Positions 26,388 to 28,263 of a DNA stretch of 28,263 bases are shown here, in pieces. The notes beneath the pieces were generated by a model. That model ran no database searches, was not told the DNA's origin, and saw only the letters and a list, made by a program, of their open reading frames with translations. The stretch comes from a virus (lineage: Duplodnaviria > Caudoviricetes): the IMG/VR virus record IMGVR_UViG_3300020045_005882, positions 1 through 28,263 of that record. One strand, 5' to 3'. Within the stretch, counting starts at the first letter, position 1. Each line of letters starts with the position of its first letter. Both the position numbers and the translations under genes were made by a program.

Positions 26388-26475
26388 AGTCTATAGCTAC
26401 TATTGTCTATTAATTTCATTTATACTCAGCTATTACCAATACTAACGCTTTCTTTTTTACCAATAAGGAACTACA

Positions 26476-27186
26476 ATGCAAACAGTCTTACTAGCAGTAA
26501 AACAAACTGGCTCAACTATCCAAACAGGTGATGGTGGTGTTGAATTTATAACAAAAGCAGATTTAGGAGGTTCTGGCGGTGGCTCCACAGTTGCAACTGT
26601 AGATAACATCGTAATGCAAGATACTGATGGAACTTTATTTTTTAAAAGAGTTTCAGCAGATACCCCACCAGTTTTAACTAATTGGAAACTAGCTGACGGT
26701 AGTGCCTATACTATTACAGGAACACCAGTACCTTATGGAGTAAGTTCAGTGGCAGTTACTGGTACTGTTGCTACGGGTGGGCTGACTAATACGGAGTTAA
26801 GAGCTACGGCTGTGGCAGTAGCAGATGCAGCTATACTAGCTAGTATTGCTACCTTACAAGCAACCGTAGAAAATACTAATGCCTATATTCTAGCAGATAT
26901 GGCTACCCAGATGGTATCCTTTATTACTAGCCAAGCTATAGCAGTTGGGGCAACCTCTACAAGTTCTGATGTAGTCTCTAGTAGTACTACAAGAATTGTA
27001 TTAACTTCTACTGTAGATTGCTGGGTTCATGTAGGAACTGCTCCAACAGCAACTTTAGATGCTCCAAGTTTCTTTCTAGCCGCTGGTATTCCATCGTATC
27101 CACTGTTTGTAACTTCTAGTTCTACTAAAGTTGCCGCTATTGCAGTAAGTACAGCAGGTACATTATCTATCCTAGAGAGTGCTTAA
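26476..27186 (+). CDS. Putative virion structural protein
   Basis: Thr/Ala/Val-rich; 'GLTNTELRATAVAV' and a C-terminal beta-sandwich-like segment; AAGGA SD. Confidence 0.6.
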   Translation: MQTVLLAVKQTGSTIQTGDGGVEFITKADLGGSGGGSTVATVDNIVMQDTDGTLFFKRVSADTPPVLTNWKLADGSAYTITGTPVPYGVSSVAVTGTVATGGLTNTELRATAVAVADAAILASIATLQATVENTNAYILADMATQMVSFITSQAIAVGATSTSSDVVSSSTTRIVLTSTVDCWVHVGTAPTATLDAPSFFLAAGIPSYPLFVTSSSTKVAAIAVSTAGTLSILESA

Positions 27187-27187
27187 G

Positions 27188-28261
27188 ATGATTTCTATAT
27201 ATAAACCTAGAGGTAAGCTGGGGGAAACTCAATTCTTACCACCCCCTTCCTATACTTTAGGAAGAAAATGGTTCAGCTTAACTGATGCTAATGATATTGT
27301 TTGGGTAACTAATACTGGTGGTTATATTGAAAAGTATGAACCAGCAATCTTAGGAACTACAACAGGTGACATTAGCTCTACTGCAACTATAGTTAGCACA
27401 CCTACTTCTGACTTTACCATAGGTATGGCAACTGATGGTACTTATCTATACCTAATAAGTCTTAACAAAACGGGTGTTACGAAGCTAAATTTAGATGGAA
27501 CTTTTGTAGCGCACTATTTACTAGGGGCAGGCTTGCAAACCATCCTATTCGATGGTACTAACCTATGGGTAGGTGATAGTCACAAGGGTATTATCTATAA
27601 AATTAGCACTACTGGAACTATCCTAGTAACACTTAATGTATCTTCTGATATTTTAAGTATGACATTTGACGGAACTTCAGTATGGGCAACCTTATATACA
27701 GCTAATCTGCTAATTAAACTTAATACTTCTGGAACTATTGTTGGAAGTTATAGCATTGGAACTGCCCCAGTAGGGGCAGCCTTTGATGGTGTTGACCTTT
27801 GGGTAACTTTACAAGGAACACAGCAATTTATCTATACAGGTTGGGTGACTAATGGTGGGAAACTTCTTAAGATTAATAAAACAACGGGGGTAATAACTAA
27901 CACTTATACATTATCAGATGCCTTAGCTTATGTAACTTACTTCTCTGATACAAATACACTAGGAGTTACCTCAACAAGTGACCATACTTATAAGGAAGTT
28001 AGCTTAGCTGGGGTAGTTTTAACGTCAAGTATCGTAGGTCTTAAGCCTAGAAATGCTACTAGAGATTCCTATGGTTATACCTATATAGCTGGTTATGGTG
28101 ATGATACTGTCTTTAGAGTTCCAATAGAAGGAATAACCCCACCAACTCCCCACCACCTAATCACAACCCCAGCCCCAACTTTCTCCTCCGCTTCCCCAAC
28201 TTACCTTTTCATCCCTAACTACCAAAACATCACCCCTAACCAAATAACTCGCTTAACCCTT
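27188..28261 (+). CDS. Beta-propeller protein (YncE/Vgb-like repeats); 3' end open, runs into the terminal repeat
   Basis: Missing from the ORF track because it has no stop. ATG 27188 lies 1 nt after the previous stop. Blade repeats: ATDGTYLY, LFDGTNLWV, TFDGTSVWA, AFDGVDLWV. Ends DDTVFRVPIEGITPP-TPHHLITTPAP. Confidence 0.85.
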   Translation, partial: MISIYKPRGKLGETQFLPPPSYTLGRKWFSLTDANDIVWVTNTGGYIEKYEPAILGTTTGDISSTATIVSTPTSDFTIGMATDGTYLYLISLNKTGVTKLNLDGTFVAHYLLGAGLQTILFDGTNLWVGDSHKGIIYKISTTGTILVTLNVSSDILSMTFDGTSVWATLYTANLLIKLNTSGTIVGSYSIGTAPVGAAFDGVDLWVTLQGTQQFIYTGWVTNGGKLLKINKTTGVITNTYTLSDALAYVTYFSDTNTLGVTSTSDHTYKEVSLAGVVLTSSIVGLKPRNATRDSYGYTYIAGYGDDTVFRVPIEGITPPTPHHLITTPAPTFSSASPTYLFIPNYQNITPNQITRLTL

Positions 28262-28263
28262 TC
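28143..28263. repeat. Right copy of 121-bp terminal inverted repeat
   Basis: Exact reverse complement of 1-121. Confidence 0.97.

Noticed and set aside
1-28263. Transposon or IS interpretation of the inverted repeats
   Set aside because: No transposase is visible and the repeat is in-frame coding sequence; flanks are unavailable to test for target-site duplications.
1-28263. Stop-codon reassignment as an explanation for the open-ended terminal genes
   Set aside because: TAA, TAG and TGA all terminate tightly packed genes under code 11; the terminal ORFs simply contain no stop.
1-28263. CRISPR arrays, tRNAs, introns or inteins
   Set aside because: Intergenic gaps are all under about 90 bp, with no repeat-spacer or cloverleaf pattern; terL and portal are uninterrupted and of normal length.

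Overview
The window is an AT-rich dsDNA tailed-phage (lambda-type siphovirus) virion-morphogenesis region. Two arms are transcribed outward from a 77-bp divergent promoter region at 20535-20611. The left arm (- strand) carries a membrane protein, terS, gpA-type terL, an HNH endonuclease, a holin-like gene, gpW, a lambda-type portal, an HK97-type protease with a nested scaffold, a gpD-like decoration protein, a gpE-type capsid, neck and tail-completion genes, an enlarged tail tube, chaperones, the tape measure protein and two gpM-like genes. The right arm (+ strand) carries gpL, gpK, gpI, gpJ, a tail fibre, a structural protein and a beta-propeller. I saw no replication, integration, repressor or endolysin genes. 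The most striking feature is an exact 121-bp terminal inverted repeat (56 G, 3 C on the + strand at 1-121). The last gene of each arm reads into it in the same frame with no stop, so two unrelated virion proteins share an identical C-terminal sequence. Other notable observations: G and G-T tail chaperones appear to be encoded as two paralogous genes rather than by a frameshift; one accessory domain is inserted in both the capsid decoration and tail tube proteins; a stand-alone GAAD-like moron has its own promoter; gpL lacks its Fe-S cysteines; and GATC appears to be avoided. All family assignments come from motif recognition by eye and from synteny, not from database searches.
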